A stretch of 63,861 bases of DNA, filler included, from Octopus bimaculoides (GCF_001194135.2; 3 parts of 2 records of this genome joined end to end with filler, not necessarily neighbours in it); one strand, 5' to 3'. Shown: positions 48,223 to 60,488, numbered from the whole stretch's first letter. Made by a program: numbers and translations. The notes: generated from the letters alone by a model not told the origin.

Positions 48223-49149
48223 NNNNNNNNNNATATATATATATATATATATATAGCAATAAGAAAATGGAGGGGAATAGGTGGTATTCATCAACTTGCA
48301 AACATTGTATTGTGTCAATTTACTTGTTATTTGTTTACTAAAAGGACAATAATAACAATATACAAACACATGCGACATATTATGTCATATCAGTAATTAA
48401 AAAAGGACATCTAGTGACAGAAAATGGGATAATGACTTACAGCTGTTTTTTTACAGCGACGTTGTTGCATTTTCCGTACCTGATCACTTTCAGCATTTGG
48501 TCAGTATGTGATATGTCGGGTATACTGCTCCATTGCACTTCACAGATTTTATGTCTATGGCAAACTTCTCCTTCACATGCTTTGCCAAGTTGTACATTGC
48601 CTAAACAATTAGACATTATATGAATAAAAACAATAAAGTTACGTCTTAAAATCTATCCACATTGAACAACATCATTAGTAATAACTGAAAGGCACTCTGA
48701 TTTGTTTTTCTCCCTTCTTTTCCTTTAATTACAATTGCATACTTAAAAAATGTTATTAATTTAGGTTCATAAATATTAATTATTACACGATTTTGTCACT
48801 AGAAAATTTGACAAAACTAGCCGTTAAAAGGAGAAAAATGAAGCAAAAGCACGACTAAATAGTAAGAAGTAATATATTAGTCGACGATAGTAAGTAACGA
48901 CTATAAAATCACGAAAACAGGACTAATAAAGGTAACGAAAACAGCAGCGCACGTGCTTTTAGCGCGTGGATTGTAAAGTATCACCGCAGTTGGGTTATAA
49001 TGATAACTCTGACCGAAATACTTCAGAATGTAGGAAAAGTAAATTTGCATAGATTTTTATCCTTGCAGGTATATTGAGCCATGTATCTAAAACACAATTA
49101 TTTCTTTAAATAAATTTAGTAGAAATTATAATAATATTTTATAATTGAT

Positions 49150-49359
49150 TCAAATTTTGACATACGGTCAGCAATCTTAGAGAGATCAGGTTAATAGATT
49201 ACATCGACTCCCATACTTGAGTAGTACTTTATTTTATTGACCTCAAAAGAATGAAAGGCAAAGTTAAGCTCGGTGGGATATGAACTCAGAATATGAAGAG
49301 CCGGAGAAATGACTCAGCATTTTGAGTGACGCCCCTAACGATTCTACCAACTCGTTGCC

Positions 49360-49360
<1 letters not shown>
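49150..49360 (-). mobile_element. SINE family B, diverged, followed by (TCTA)n
   Basis: AAATTTTGACATACGGTCAGC...GAATGAAAGGCAAAG...GAACTCAGAA...CTAACGATTCTACCAACTCGTTGCC. Confidence 0.75.
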
Positions 49361-49425
<65 letters not shown>

Positions 49426-49609
49426 ATGTACATGTATATAAAGTACGCTATGTGTCTTTGTATACATTCTCTTTTGTGGATAATACTTAAGCATTTGAAA
49501 CTGTTGAATTCATTCAATTTTGTAACATTTAAGTTCTATATTTAAGAGATGAGGAATTATGTACATTATTTACATTTGACGGATATTTATCCGCATCCTG
49601 TTTGTTGTT

Positions 49610-49655
49610 CACACAACGTTTCGGCTGATATACCATCCAGCCTTCATCAGGTGTC
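49610..49655 (-). ncRNA. Minimal type I hammerhead ribozyme, core intact
   Basis: The - strand reads GACAC-CTGATGA-A-GGCTG(GATGGTATAT)CAGCC-GAA-ACGT-T-GTGT: stem I ACAC/GTGT, palindromic ACGU stem III, GUU triplet. Confidence 0.8.
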
Positions 49656-49659
49656 TTGA

Positions 49660-50252
49660 TACCCACCACGAAGAAATGATCAAGCTCAGTAACAATCTAT
49701 TAAGCAACAATTACCCCTCAAAACATACTATCCACTCCAATTATGAATAAAAGAGAGGATGAAACCGATAAACTGTCCACAGTCTGTCTACCCTATGTGA
49801 AAGGCCTCTCCAAAACTATGCAAAAGATATGCGGCCCATATGACATCAGGATGGTATTCAAGAGTAATACAACACTTCGCAAATATTTCCTTCGAGTAAA
49901 ACCACCAATAGAAGAGAATATGACCAAAAACTGCGTATACTCCATCCCATGCAGCTGTGGTAGGTCATATAAAGGCGAAATATGCCGCCCCCTCAAAATA
50001 AGAGTAGAGGAATATCACACGTGGAGATATTGATAAATTGGGTATAGCTGATCGGGTATGGAAAAATGGAGACCACCTCCCGCTGTAGGATGAAGTTAAA
50101 ATAATAGACAGAGAACACCACTGGAAAATAAGAAAACTAAAAGAAGCAGCACATAGGCTAAGACACAACAACCTCCAAAGCAGACTGAGTGCAGATATGA
50201 ATAGCATGTGGGAACCGGTATTAAGGAAGGATAGGAAAATATTAGATTTATA
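49660..50252 (+). pseudogene. Penelope RT-thumb/linker and GIY-YIG endonuclease remnant
   Basis: NNYP, STVCLPYVKGLS, VFKSNTTLRKY, KNCVYSIPCSCGRSYKGE..RPLK.R.EEY, GIAD.VWK, VKIIDRE.HWKIRKLKEA. Confidence 0.9.
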
Positions 50253-50280
50253 AGCCTTAAAAAAAAGTCACCCCATAATT

Positions 50281-50360
50281 GCTCACGGGCATAAGGTGTA
50301 GTGGTTAAGAGCGCAGGCTATTAACCCCAAGATTCCGAATTCGATTCCAGGCAGTGATCT
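50281..50360 (+). other. tRNA-like sequence (Pol III A and B boxes) inside the Penelope 3' repeat region; not a functional tRNA call
   Basis: GGTGTAGTGGTTAAGAGC (A box/D arm), GCAGG-CTATTAA-CCCCA (anticodon-arm-like), CCGAATTCGATTCCAGG (B box/T arm); stems imperfect. Confidence 0.65.
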
Positions 50361-50423
50361 GAATAATGATAATAATATCGAAAAATACCTTAGGAATGAG
50401 AACCCAGGTTCGAAATTTCTCGA

Positions 50424-50469
50424 GACACCTGATGAAAGCTGGAGGGTATATCAGCCAAAACGTTGTGTT
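50424..50469 (+). ncRNA. Hammerhead ribozyme copy with a probably inactivating G12>A change
   Basis: GACAC-CTGATGA-A-AGCTG(GAGGGTATAT)CAGCC-AAA-ACGT-T-GTGTT: GAAA has become AAAA and the closing pair of stem II is broken. Confidence 0.75.
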
Positions 50470-52930
50470 AACAACAAGATGAGGACAAATATCCGTCAAA
50501 TGTAAATAATGTAAATAATGTTTGTAAGATTTACTTTAAAAATAATTCAATGCGAACTGGAGTCGTTCTGTTTATTTTTTGTGTTTGAAAGTTCATTGTG
50601 CTGTCTTCTTTGTCTCAGAGTACTTAACTAATGTTTTAATATTCAGAAATTCCAAAGCGGCGAGCTGGACAAAATGCTTTGTGTCATTTCTTACGACTTT
50701 ACGTTCTGAGTTCAAATGCCTTCGGAGTTAACTTGCCAAAGTTTGAAAACAATATTCATAAATTCTGATGATTAGCTGTGCATCGTAACAATTATAAGAA
50801 ATTTCTTCGTCATTATTGTTGCCCAGCTTGAAGATTATTTTTTTCTAAACAGTGATAAGAATACGCATAAAAGCGATAAACTCCAACAAATAACTGACCA
50901 ATACAGTGACTTGCTGTCTCATGCTCGAACACTTAACGTTAGATAACTTTTCACAGTATGGATATTACATGTAATGATTATGCAGATCAAGAAAACAGAA
51001 ATAATTTGAAATTTCAGATTGAAACCTAAGAACATCAAGGTGTGTTGGTGCCTCTTTATATCTATGTAAGAAATTTTGTTCTTTAGAAACTTTTGCAGTG
51101 AATGTGAATAATAATGCCAACTTGTACATTTGTAGCTTTTGCACGGAAGGTGTTAAATATGTTGGAAATGTGTAGATTTAGCATAAACTAAATCTGCCGT
51201 TCTTTGGAAATCTTTAGAAACTATATGTTTAGAAACTATATGTAATCTGCTTGTACACCCATGTGTAAATATGCATATTTTGGTAGTTTTGGATACATAT
51301 ACGTGTACAACATTTGTGAAGTTAGATAGAGCATTTATTGTGGAAGGTAGAATAACGAGTGGATCATTAACTACAACGTATTGTACATATTAAAAGTAAT
51401 TAAACTTATATAATAGTTGGTGAGTGATAATAGTTTTCTCTGCATAAACACATTTAATGGAATGATAATGCACCCAAGGATGGTCCACTGCTGGTATTTA
51501 AGCCAAAAAATCAGATTGTTCGTAATTAAAAGTCTGATTTAAAAGAAAATTTCGAGAAAGAGTAGAACTTTTAATATTTAGGGCGTTAAAAAAAAAGTTT
51601 TTAAACCGTTTTTTCATAATCGTATGAATTCCCGTGTGTGGAATCCAATTTCTCAAAAATTTTCCGAAAATTTCAAAAAAATAAAGAAGTTACAGGGTTG
51701 GGGTGCTTAAGCCAGAATTCCGACGAAGCAACAATATGCAAGGACGAAGTAGAAATGCTAGGTTTTTCTGAATTACATCTACAGGGATATTTTTACAGAA
51801 AATAATGTATTCATGCTGAAAAACTGTATTGGGAGTAATTTTGGTGTCACATTGTCTGATAATGTCATCCGGTGCAGTCTGTAGCTCATACCTCCCTCCA
51901 CCCTTATGAAACTAAGACAAAATCGACCTTGGTGGATTTAGAAACCAAAGTAGTGTTCTCTGATGTCTCGGATACATTCGCCACAACCTGATCAGAAGAT
52001 AGATATCTTCTACTTATTCGATGAATCAATTGTTTGACGTTTCGCTTTCAGATTTATCCATCAACGAGTGTCTCAGTTACAGAAGTAAGAGTTGTTTTGC
52101 CACCNNNNNNNNNNNNNNNNNNNNNNNNNNNNNNNNNNNNNNNNNNNNNNNNNNNNNNNNNNNNNNNNNNNNNNNNNNNNNNNNNNNNNNNNNNNNNNNN
52201 NNNNNNNNNNNNNACCTATAGATGTTTGAAGAAGGGTACAATACACTGAATGAGTCTATGTTGAATATAATTTCGAATAGATTGTCTACTTGATATGAAA
52301 AATATAATAGAAGCCCAGCTGAAAATATAAATTAGCAATAAAATAATGCCATGATGTTATTCTATCTCGGAGTAACAAATCTAGATAACTTGGTAGCCTA
52401 GGGGAACAGTATATAAAATAAAAAAAGAACAAAAAAATGGAAATGTTCATAGCAAAAGACCGAAATTAACCGATGTTTGGGACATATGAGATTTGGAAGG
52501 AAATGAAGAATTTAAAAACGTGATTGTTATCAAAAGATTGAAGATAGAAGCCAATTAGAGAATTCTCGCAACAATATCTGCTTAAATTAATGCCGCCCTC
52601 GTGACAAAATCAATACATTGGTAATTTTCACAGAGTCAATACAGTAATTCAATGCAATAATATTTAACTGAATACTGTTATGTTTTTTCCAGCTATATAT
52701 TTTATCCTCAACAATGGAAAACGTTATTTTTGTTATTGGTTTTTCGACTTTAATTATTATATTTATATAAAACTTTCGATTATATATTCAGTCAGTACAT
52801 AAAACATATTCATTTCTTTTCAAATGAAATACAATAACAGCTAATATAACACTTAAAATAGTAAATTAAAATGCTGCTCAATATTAAAAAATTTTTTTTA
52901 CTTAATATCTTACTTTAAGAGAAATTAATT

Positions 52931-53937
52931 GGATCTGTTCAATTTGGCTCACAGATTTCTTAATTGATTTTTTAAAACTAAATAGTTTGAAACTTCGTAT
53001 ACGGGTGGAATATCTCACGTAGAAAACGATTTACTTTGAACATGTTTGACAAAATTTGGTATTTTAGAAGTTATTTCATGTTAAAGTCATCGTATTTGGG
53101 TAATTTCAACTTTTCAACGACGTTACAGGCTTTTTTTTTTGGTTCTCGCCTCGGAGTAACCAGTAGACATTGAAGAATCAATACCAAGAAGGAAGAAATA
53201 TTATTTACATATCTTTATTTGTTTGCTCGATATCAGTGTTTTATTCACACATAAAGCGCATCGGTTTTTAAAAGACCTATAGAGCTACGAGTCCGCAGCT
53301 AGCGTTTTTGCTGTTGACGTGCATGTAGTTTCAAAATGCCTTATTTTAAAACTATGAGATGTATTGTTATTGTCATGATTTTATCCTACATGATTTTTAT
53401 CTTACATGATTTTTTATCTTACTATAATCAACAACAGACACATTTTACCAATATAAAAGTCTTTATTAGATTAAAAATAACATTATAAAAACATGAAGGT
53501 AAAACAAAACAAATAGCGGCTTATACACCGAATATTACGGTAATTATAGTGTCAGTGATAAGTTCGCTCACTGGTTGCTAGTTGATAGCGTAGAAGGGAG
53601 GGAAAGAGTAAGGAATGCACGGTGCTGACTAGAAAGGATAAAGGGGATATCGTCTTTGCTCGACATACGAATAGAACAGTGTGGGGAAGTTGTTCCTCTA
53701 CGATTACTATCGCAAACAGCAGTAGCTTTCTTCAACTGAATATACGTCGTTGATTGGTTGAAATTACCCAAATACGACAACTTTAACACGAAATAACTTC
53801 TAAAATACCAAATCTTGTCAAAATTGTTCAAAGTAAACCGTGTTCTGCGTGAGTCATTCCACCAGTATACGAAGTTTCAAACTGTTTAGTTAAAAAAAAT
53901 TAATTAAACAAATCTATGCACCAAACTGAACAGACGT
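52931..53937. mobile_element. Older GGATC-terminated fold-back MITE with about 190-bp imperfect TIRs
   Basis: 52931-53122 (GGATCTGTTCAATTTGG...GTTTGAAACTTCGTATACGGGTGGAAT...TCGTATTTGGGTAATTTCAAC) is the inverse of 53745-53937. No TSD preserved. Confidence 0.8.
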
Positions 53938-53984
53938 TTTTTCTAGGTATTTATATTGTCTGTCGCCCCCTAATCTCTCTCCTT

Positions 53985-54265
53985 CACGGGCATCGGTCAC
54001 ACCAGTGCCGGTGGCACGTAAAAGTACTATTCGAGCGTGATCGATGCCAGTGCCATCTGATTGGCCCCCGTGCCAGTGACACTTGAAAAGCACCCACAAC
54101 ACTCTCGGAATGGTTGGCGTTAGGAAGGGAATCCAGCTGTAGAAACCTTGCCTGGACAGACTGGAGCCTCATTGCAGCCTCTTGGCTTGCCAGTCCTCAG
54201 TCAAACCGTCCAATCCATGCCAGCATGGAAAGCAGACATCAAACGATTCTGCTGCTGTTGATGAT
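53985..54265 (+). mobile_element. Common RTE-related SINE/LINE-tail repeat
   Basis: GTGCCGGTGGCACGTAAAAG...TGGTTGGCGTTAGGAAGGGAATCCAGCTGTAGAAAC...CCATGCCAGCATGGAAAGCAGACATCAAACGAT; a second piece is at about 62205-62420. Confidence 0.65.
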
Positions 54266-54703
54266 GTATAATGATATATGTAATTATGATAGATTGTTAC
54301 ACCATTCAATGTTGAAATTTACGAAGCTTTCACCTCACCCCACCCCGTTTTCCGGNNNNNNNNNNCCCACCCCGTTTTCCGGACCCCCTCAAAAGGGTTT
54401 TGTAGCATATTAAGAGATCACCGGAACTCATTCAACGAAAAAAGAAAAAAATTCCAATGATTCCGGGATCTGGGAGGGGATCCGGTTTTCCACCTTTTTT
54501 TCGAACAAAAACAAGGAGTTTGCAGCATATTAGGAGGTGAGGGTACTTGATTCCACGCAAAAAATCCAAGTTTTTTTTTCTCAGTGCTAATCATGCGGGG
54601 TGAAAGTATCAAATAATACCTAAATTTTGCCTTCACCCTCTAACATTGCGAGACGAATGCGATGACGTCGTATCAGTGACAATGCATTATCATCTAAACT
54701 AGA

Positions 54704-54977
54704 TCAAATTTCTGCAATTAACGATCGTGCAGAAGTTTGTGAATTAGTGGCTAGTAATTTCAATTTCGTTTTTGCAATATAAACTTTTGGTTTTGAAGGA
54801 TGGAAATGTTTGCCGAATGTTCTACATATAGATAAATTATCATTTTCCAGCACAGTATGCACTCTTGCTTTACATTCTCTATTTTCACACTTCCAATATG
54901 TTTTTTCACCGTATTTTCTATCAATCCTATAAACAAAGTTAAGATCATCAACTAATTTCACACCACCTCTGCTAGTT
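54704..54977 (-). pseudogene. FLYWCH zinc-finger domain, probably the N-terminus of a Mutator-like (MULE) transposase
   Basis: TSRGGVKLVDDLNFVY......KTYWKCENRECKARVHT...KHFH has the F.Y/YW.C/C..R/H.H FLYWCH pattern. No DDE domain downstream. Confidence 0.75.
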
Positions 54978-55584
54978 NNNNNNNNNNATATTCCCGCAGC
55001 AAAAATGAAATACACTAAAAAAATCAGACAGCTTGATTCAGAAAGAAGAAATTGAAACCAAAGAAAATAAGTATGATTTTTGACTTTTAATGTTTGTCTT
55101 TGAGAACCCTTCTCACTACCGCTTTTTCTTTCCATTTAATATGAGATAATAATTTTAAAAGAGTCCAATTATAGATGACTCGCAAAGTAGGAGCCCATTT
55201 TTAAGAGTGTCTTTATTTAGACTGGCCACTGTAAGGTGGTTAACTAATTTTAACATATCATGATCTGCACTGCTAAATATACAACTGATTTCCAAAAATA
55301 GGGGTTTGCAGCCCTAGCTCCTGGCTGAAGTACTAAAGTAGATATAAATGCTTTACGCGCCAGCTTACAAACAAGTTAATTGCTTGGTATCGTCAAAATT
55401 ATTTGTGTATATTATTAAGGAAATGTAATACTACCAAATACAGCTAAATTCAGATAGTGTAGGTTAGAATAAATTGATCATAAAAAAAGACAGATGTCGC
55501 TCCCTGTAATATAGTTATACGCAAAGATTTACGTTTATTTTTTGCCAAGAAGCGTACTTGCCATTGTGAATTGGCCCGTGTGTC

Positions 55585-55620
55585 ACACATGGCACGCGTG
55601 CCACAGGTTGCCGGCGCCTG
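55585..55620. mobile_element. hAT right-end remnant
   Basis: TGGCACGCGTGCCACAGGTTGCCGGCGCCTG resembles Charlie-type ends. A possible partner TAGGGGTTTGCAGCC is at 55299, but the TSDs do not match. Confidence 0.45.
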
Positions 55621-57061
55621 TACTAGACTATTATGATCTTCTGCCATCATCATTTGTTTGTATTTTGCTGGTAATTTCACATTCACGAGGAAATAGTTTG
55701 GGTAAAAGAGATGGTGTAAGCAAATGGCTCAGCCTTGCATTTTCGCAAAGAGTCTGTTATAAGCTGAATCATTGGCATTTCTGAGTATTCTAAATCTTCT
55801 TAAGTTGATAACTCCTTTGTTATACGATCTTACTTATATACATAATATACATTTTCTAAACGCTTGTTCATAAATCTCTGTTCAGTTGTTCATACAGCTG
55901 TCTTCTGCATCATATTCTTTATTGTCTTTTAAGTGCTTTGATTACATTCATAACAAATAAGAAATTCTCATTATTTTGTCAAAATCGTTTCTTACATGTC
56001 AAGTTTTATTCAATATTTAATAAATCAATATAATGATCTGAATTTATTGAAATGTTATGGTCTATAGTTAAACGAATTTTATGGAGAATATTCTAAGTTT
56101 ACAGTAGGATGGGAATGGGTCGGTGAATGTTGCGACCGAATCCAATGTATATTAATACAGAAACCCGGCTATAGAAATTTCAGTTGTATCATTATCTAGG
56201 GAAATAAATCACGTGTTTAATCAATTCGTATGTTAAACTAAGTTTTTGCAACTAGATGAACTTTCTAAAGTTTGTTCTAAATTCAGTTTTGTTCTGTATC
56301 CGTTAATGAAAATAAGTGTTGAAATTTCTGCTTTTACTTTCAATAGTTCTATATAAAAGTAAATTAAAATATATAAAATATTTAATATTCTACCATTTTG
56401 TTTTTGTTCTGAGAACAATATTAATGTGTGATACAACAGAATGGTGATCTGAATCTTTGTTCGCTCCTAATATATCAAGAATTAAGTAAGGCACAAGCAA
56501 AAACAGCGCAAAAAACAAACATCCGTCCCACTTTAGAAAAAACAAAAATGCTAACAATAAAAACGATGAACAAACAAATTCTAACTTCATGTAATTCGTT
56601 GCAGAGAAAAAGAAAAGATTAACCAACGTATCGACCATTCAGACAGTTTTTCATCCTGATAGAAGAAATGTGAAGAGAAAGGGAAAATGGAAACACACAT
56701 GTACGCACGCACACACNNNNNNNNNNNNNNNNNNNNNNNNNNNNNNNNNNNNNNNNNNNNNNNNNNNNNNNNNNNNNNNNNNNNNNNNNNNNNNNNNNNN
56801 NNNNNNNNNNNNNNNNNNNNNNNNNNNNNNNNNNNNNNNNNNNNNNNNNNNNNNNNNNNNNNNNNNNNNNNNNNNNNNNNNNNNNNNNNNNNNNNNNNNN
56901 NNNNNNNNNNNNNNNNNNNNNNNNNNNNNNNNNNNNNNNNNNNNNNNNNNNNNNATGTGACAAGCGCGAGTGGAAGTAATGTGAAGTATGTAAGAATATG
57001 TGCGTATTTGTGTGAGCAAATGAGTTATGTGTGTGCAAAGTTGTGTGTAAATTCGTGTGTA

Positions 57062-57272
57062 CGGGGGAGTGCTGAAGAGTTCCTGACTTTCAGGGCATTG
57101 CGAAAGGCCAGGGTGGAAGCCCAACCTTCCGAGTTCTTTTATAGGGCTTAAAACTGAAGGACTGCTGCAATAAGTTTGTGAATCTGAGAGGGGAATATGT
57201 TGAATAAAATCATAATTAACTGATCCTGTATTTTCTTTTACTGAATGCCAGGAACTTTTCAGCACCACCTCG
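57062..57272 (+). mobile_element. Mariner-derived MITE (211 bp)
   Basis: TA|CGGGGGAGTGCTGAAGAGTTCCTG ... CAGGAACTTTTCAGCACCACCTCG|TA; internal ...CNKFVNLRGEYVE* is a mariner transposase C-terminus. Confidence 0.88.
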
Positions 57273-57492
57273 TATATATTAAATAAGACAAATGTTAGTG
57301 GATGATGAGTTCATGGTGTCATAGTGTGTGAATTTATACTTGATGGTTAGTGAAGTGTGTGCAAATGTATGGATACAAAAGGCAGCTAATATGGAGTGTG
57401 TGCTTGTGCAGTAGAATAGAAAAGTGAGTTCGGATCGTGCAAGATAGTGATGTTCTAGACGACGGAAGCAAGAGTAGGCAAGCGATCTAGAA

Positions 57493-57777
57493 CAGGGGTT
57501 TTCAAACTTTTTGACTTGCGGACCCCTTTATATTTCAGGCTTTACCTTATAAACGCTTATGAAATTTATACATAAATATTTGCTTAAAATAACATATATT
57601 TTTACATTTATTTATTTAGCAGTATTTAACAAATAGGTTTATTGTCAATTAAAAGATTTCGATTAAAAAACATATATAAAATCAAATTGCCCATAAAAAG
57701 TATTTGCTGTCTACGGACCCCCTGTCTTGTCCTTGCGGACCCCCTGTGGTCCGCGGACCACAGTTTGAAAACCCCTG
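57493..57777. mobile_element. hAT (Charlie-like) MITE, 285 bp, perfect TIR and TSD
   Basis: 16-bp TIR CAGGGGTTTTCAAACT/AGTTTGAAAACCCCTG; 8-bp TSD ATCTAGAA at 57485-57492 and 57778-57785. Confidence 0.97.
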
Positions 57778-59514
57778 ATCTAGAAGACTTGGTAAACCAC
57801 AATTGTGTTTCTCAGTATAGTGTAAAGATGCAATTATTAATGCTGCACACACATTTTTCAAAATCACAGGAAAGCTTGTAGAATACGACGGAAACTACGG
57901 CTATCCCATCTCTTCAAATCTTGATGAAATTAATTTTGCTCTTTAGTCTCCGCGGTCAAAAAGTACCAATTATGTACTGAAATCACTTCAATCGACTATA
58001 ATTCTTTTCTACATATTTTTAACTTTACACCAATAAACAAAAATATTTTCTATATTGTATTGAAATAACAGATTTACTTAGAAGGGAAATAGAGTTGTGG
58101 CATTCAAGTTTTTCCCAAATGTCTTAGTAATATGGCTTAAACTTTGAAATATATTTAAGCTGTCTAATAGTATTTTACATTATCTTAAAATGGAAGAGTG
58201 TTTAAAATGTTTCGAAAAAGCTCCATATTATTTCTCAGGGTATTACATTTGAAAACGAAAACTTGGAGTTTTCAATTCAGTTAGCTATTTTCACACAGTA
58301 AGAAAAAAATTGCATAGTTTTTGAAGCAAAATTTTGATGTATTTCTCACTCTTTCTAGTTTTGAAAGTAATTTCGTATATAAATGGAAAACGTCAATGCA
58401 AAATATTTCTCTTCACTTTTTTTGATACGCTTTCAGTGGAAATGTCAATATAGTATTAACATAGCCCTTAGCACATTAATACTAGATTCAGTTTGACCTC
58501 GTAAACATAACCATCTTTTCTAGCCAGGATAAAACTTGATGTCAAAGTTTCTTTATCATCTCCTGATCCATGTTAATCACTGAGGTTATTGCACAGGTGA
58601 CTAATTTCGATTTGGAATTAAATCCTCCTAGGATTAGATCTTTCAGTCAATAGCAGTTGGCGTATTGGAATGGGATGAAAAATAAAAATCACAAAAAAGG
58701 AAAAAAGAACAGGAAATCCAATTAAACCTCTTGTTGAAGCCTGAGATATCTATAGATTATGCAATGATTAGCGTCACTGTCCTCTGAACTAAGAATGTAA
58801 AGTAAAGACTTTTCCATACGTACAGTTACAATTTGCATATACGTTTGAAAAACATTGAGAAATTATTGCTTTGCTTATTGGAAAAGGAGTGAGAAGTAAC
58901 CGAATGGATGAGGTGTTAGACTACCTGTCTATAATCTGTGAGATCAAGTTAACTGTAGATGTATCGTTGCATTTCTGGCCAGATAATTTAGCATACTTGG
59001 TGTCGAAGCTGAGAGTAGGAATCAGATCAGAGTATCTTGTTAAAGAGAAAATATATAATTTATCTGTTGAATGATAATGCAATTGGAATTAAGAGCCGAT
59101 ATTAACTAAACCAGAGGTTAATGAAACGATTAACTGTCTTTACTTATTTACTTATTTACTTGATATTAACATAAGATCTTTGCCTAGGAAATCAGTTCCA
59201 TGTATTATTAATTTGTTATAGTTCGTTGAGAACTTTTCAGTCAAATGAAAACACTTAATTATTTCGAATGCTTCTATGTGAATTATACATACAAAAGATA
59301 GATATACATTACATACATTAAAAGTACGATACTAGTGGAACATTTCAGTAAAAACAACCCACTATAAATACGACAACCAAAATATTATTCTATGTTTGGT
59401 TCAGAACCGGAAAAAAAGAACATCTACGGAGCATTAGTAAGAAACTTACAGCTCTTATATCCAGTCTATTGATTTTTAATTGTAACTATTATAAATACAT
59501 TGAGCTATGTAACA

Positions 59515-59724
59515 GTACGGGCGAAATGCTTAGTGGTATTTCGTCTGCCGTTACGTTCTGAGTTCAAATTCCGCCGAGGTCGACTTTGCCTTTCATCCTT
59601 TCGGGGTCGATAAATTAAGTACCAGTTACGCACTGGGGTCGATGTGATCGAATTAATCCCTTTGCCTGTCCTTGTTTGTCTCCTCTATGTTTAGCCCCTT
59701 GTGGGCAATAAAGAAATAAGAAAT
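59515..59724 (+). mobile_element. SINE family B, young copy
   Basis: CpG-rich, GTTCTGAGTTCAAATTCCGCCGAGGTCGACTTTGCC..., tail GCCCCTTGTGGGCAATAAAGAAATAAGAAA. Confidence 0.92.
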
Positions 59725-59829
59725 TGAAAGTCTCTTGTCGTGCACACACACACACACATTCGCGCGCGCGCAAACATGTGTGTGTGTGTGTGTGTGCGTG
59801 CGTGCGCGCGCAAACATGTGTGTGTGTGT

Positions 59830-60068
59830 GTGTGTGCGTGCGTGCGCGTGTGTATGAGCGAGTTTTTGTGTCTTCTCCCATCACCATTTGACAACAGGTG
59901 CTGGTGTGTTTACATCTCTGTAACTCAGCGGTTCGGCAAAAGAAACCGGTACAATAAGTACCAGGACTAAAGAAAAATAAGTCCTGGGGGTTCGATTCAT
60001 TCGACTAAAAATTCAAGGTGGTGCCCCAGCATAGCTGCAGTCTAGTGATTGAAACAGATAAAAGATAA
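59830..60068 (+). mobile_element. SINE family A, 3' half
   Basis: GCGGTTCGGCAAAAGAAACCG...AATAAGTACCAGG...GGTGGTGCCCCAGCATAGCTGCAG...GAAACAGATAAAAGATAAA. Confidence 0.85.
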
Positions 60069-60488
60069 AGGTTTGTGTGTGTGTATGTGTGTGTGTGTAC
60101 ATATTATCGTGCATTTGTGCGCATGCGCGTGTGCTTGTTTAGACATAGTCTATGTTAGTTATATCACGTAGTTCATACATAAGTTGTTATTTTGATTTAT
60201 AAAAATTTCTTCCTACATTGTATTGTGCTCTATATGTTGTCATCTATATATAGTTTCTACTCTATACCACAACGGTACTTTTGAAATATGTGTAAAGTTA
60301 CACCTTTAAATATATATGCGAACAGTCCAAGAGATATTTAATATGTCATTGAAATTGCTTCAAATTTTAAATAATATTTTTTACGAGTTACATAATGTTT
60401 AATAGTCTATTCATAAGGAAGTTTTCCACTTTGAAACTTTAGTAATTAACTGCTATTTCCAATAAGAGAAATCATAAGGACATTATGT

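Larger units (their letters stand above)
49563..50519 (+). mobile_element. 5'-truncated Penelope-like retroelement with an inverted pLTR fragment at its 5' junction
   Basis: 49563-49657 is the inverted copy of 50421-50511. The ORF remnant between them encodes the PLE linker and GIY-YIG domain. Confidence 0.9.

Noticed and set aside
50281-50360. Functional tRNA gene
   Set aside because: Acceptor, anticodon and T stems have mismatches and it is embedded in a retroelement; reported as tRNA-like only.
52032-52066. Minus-strand TTGATGG...GAAACGTC hammerhead remnant
   Set aside because: Two core changes and no stem II pairing.
54339-54382. 17-bp direct repeat CCCACCCCGTTTTCCGG
   Set aside because: The copies flank a 10-N gap, typical of overlapping contig ends left unmerged.
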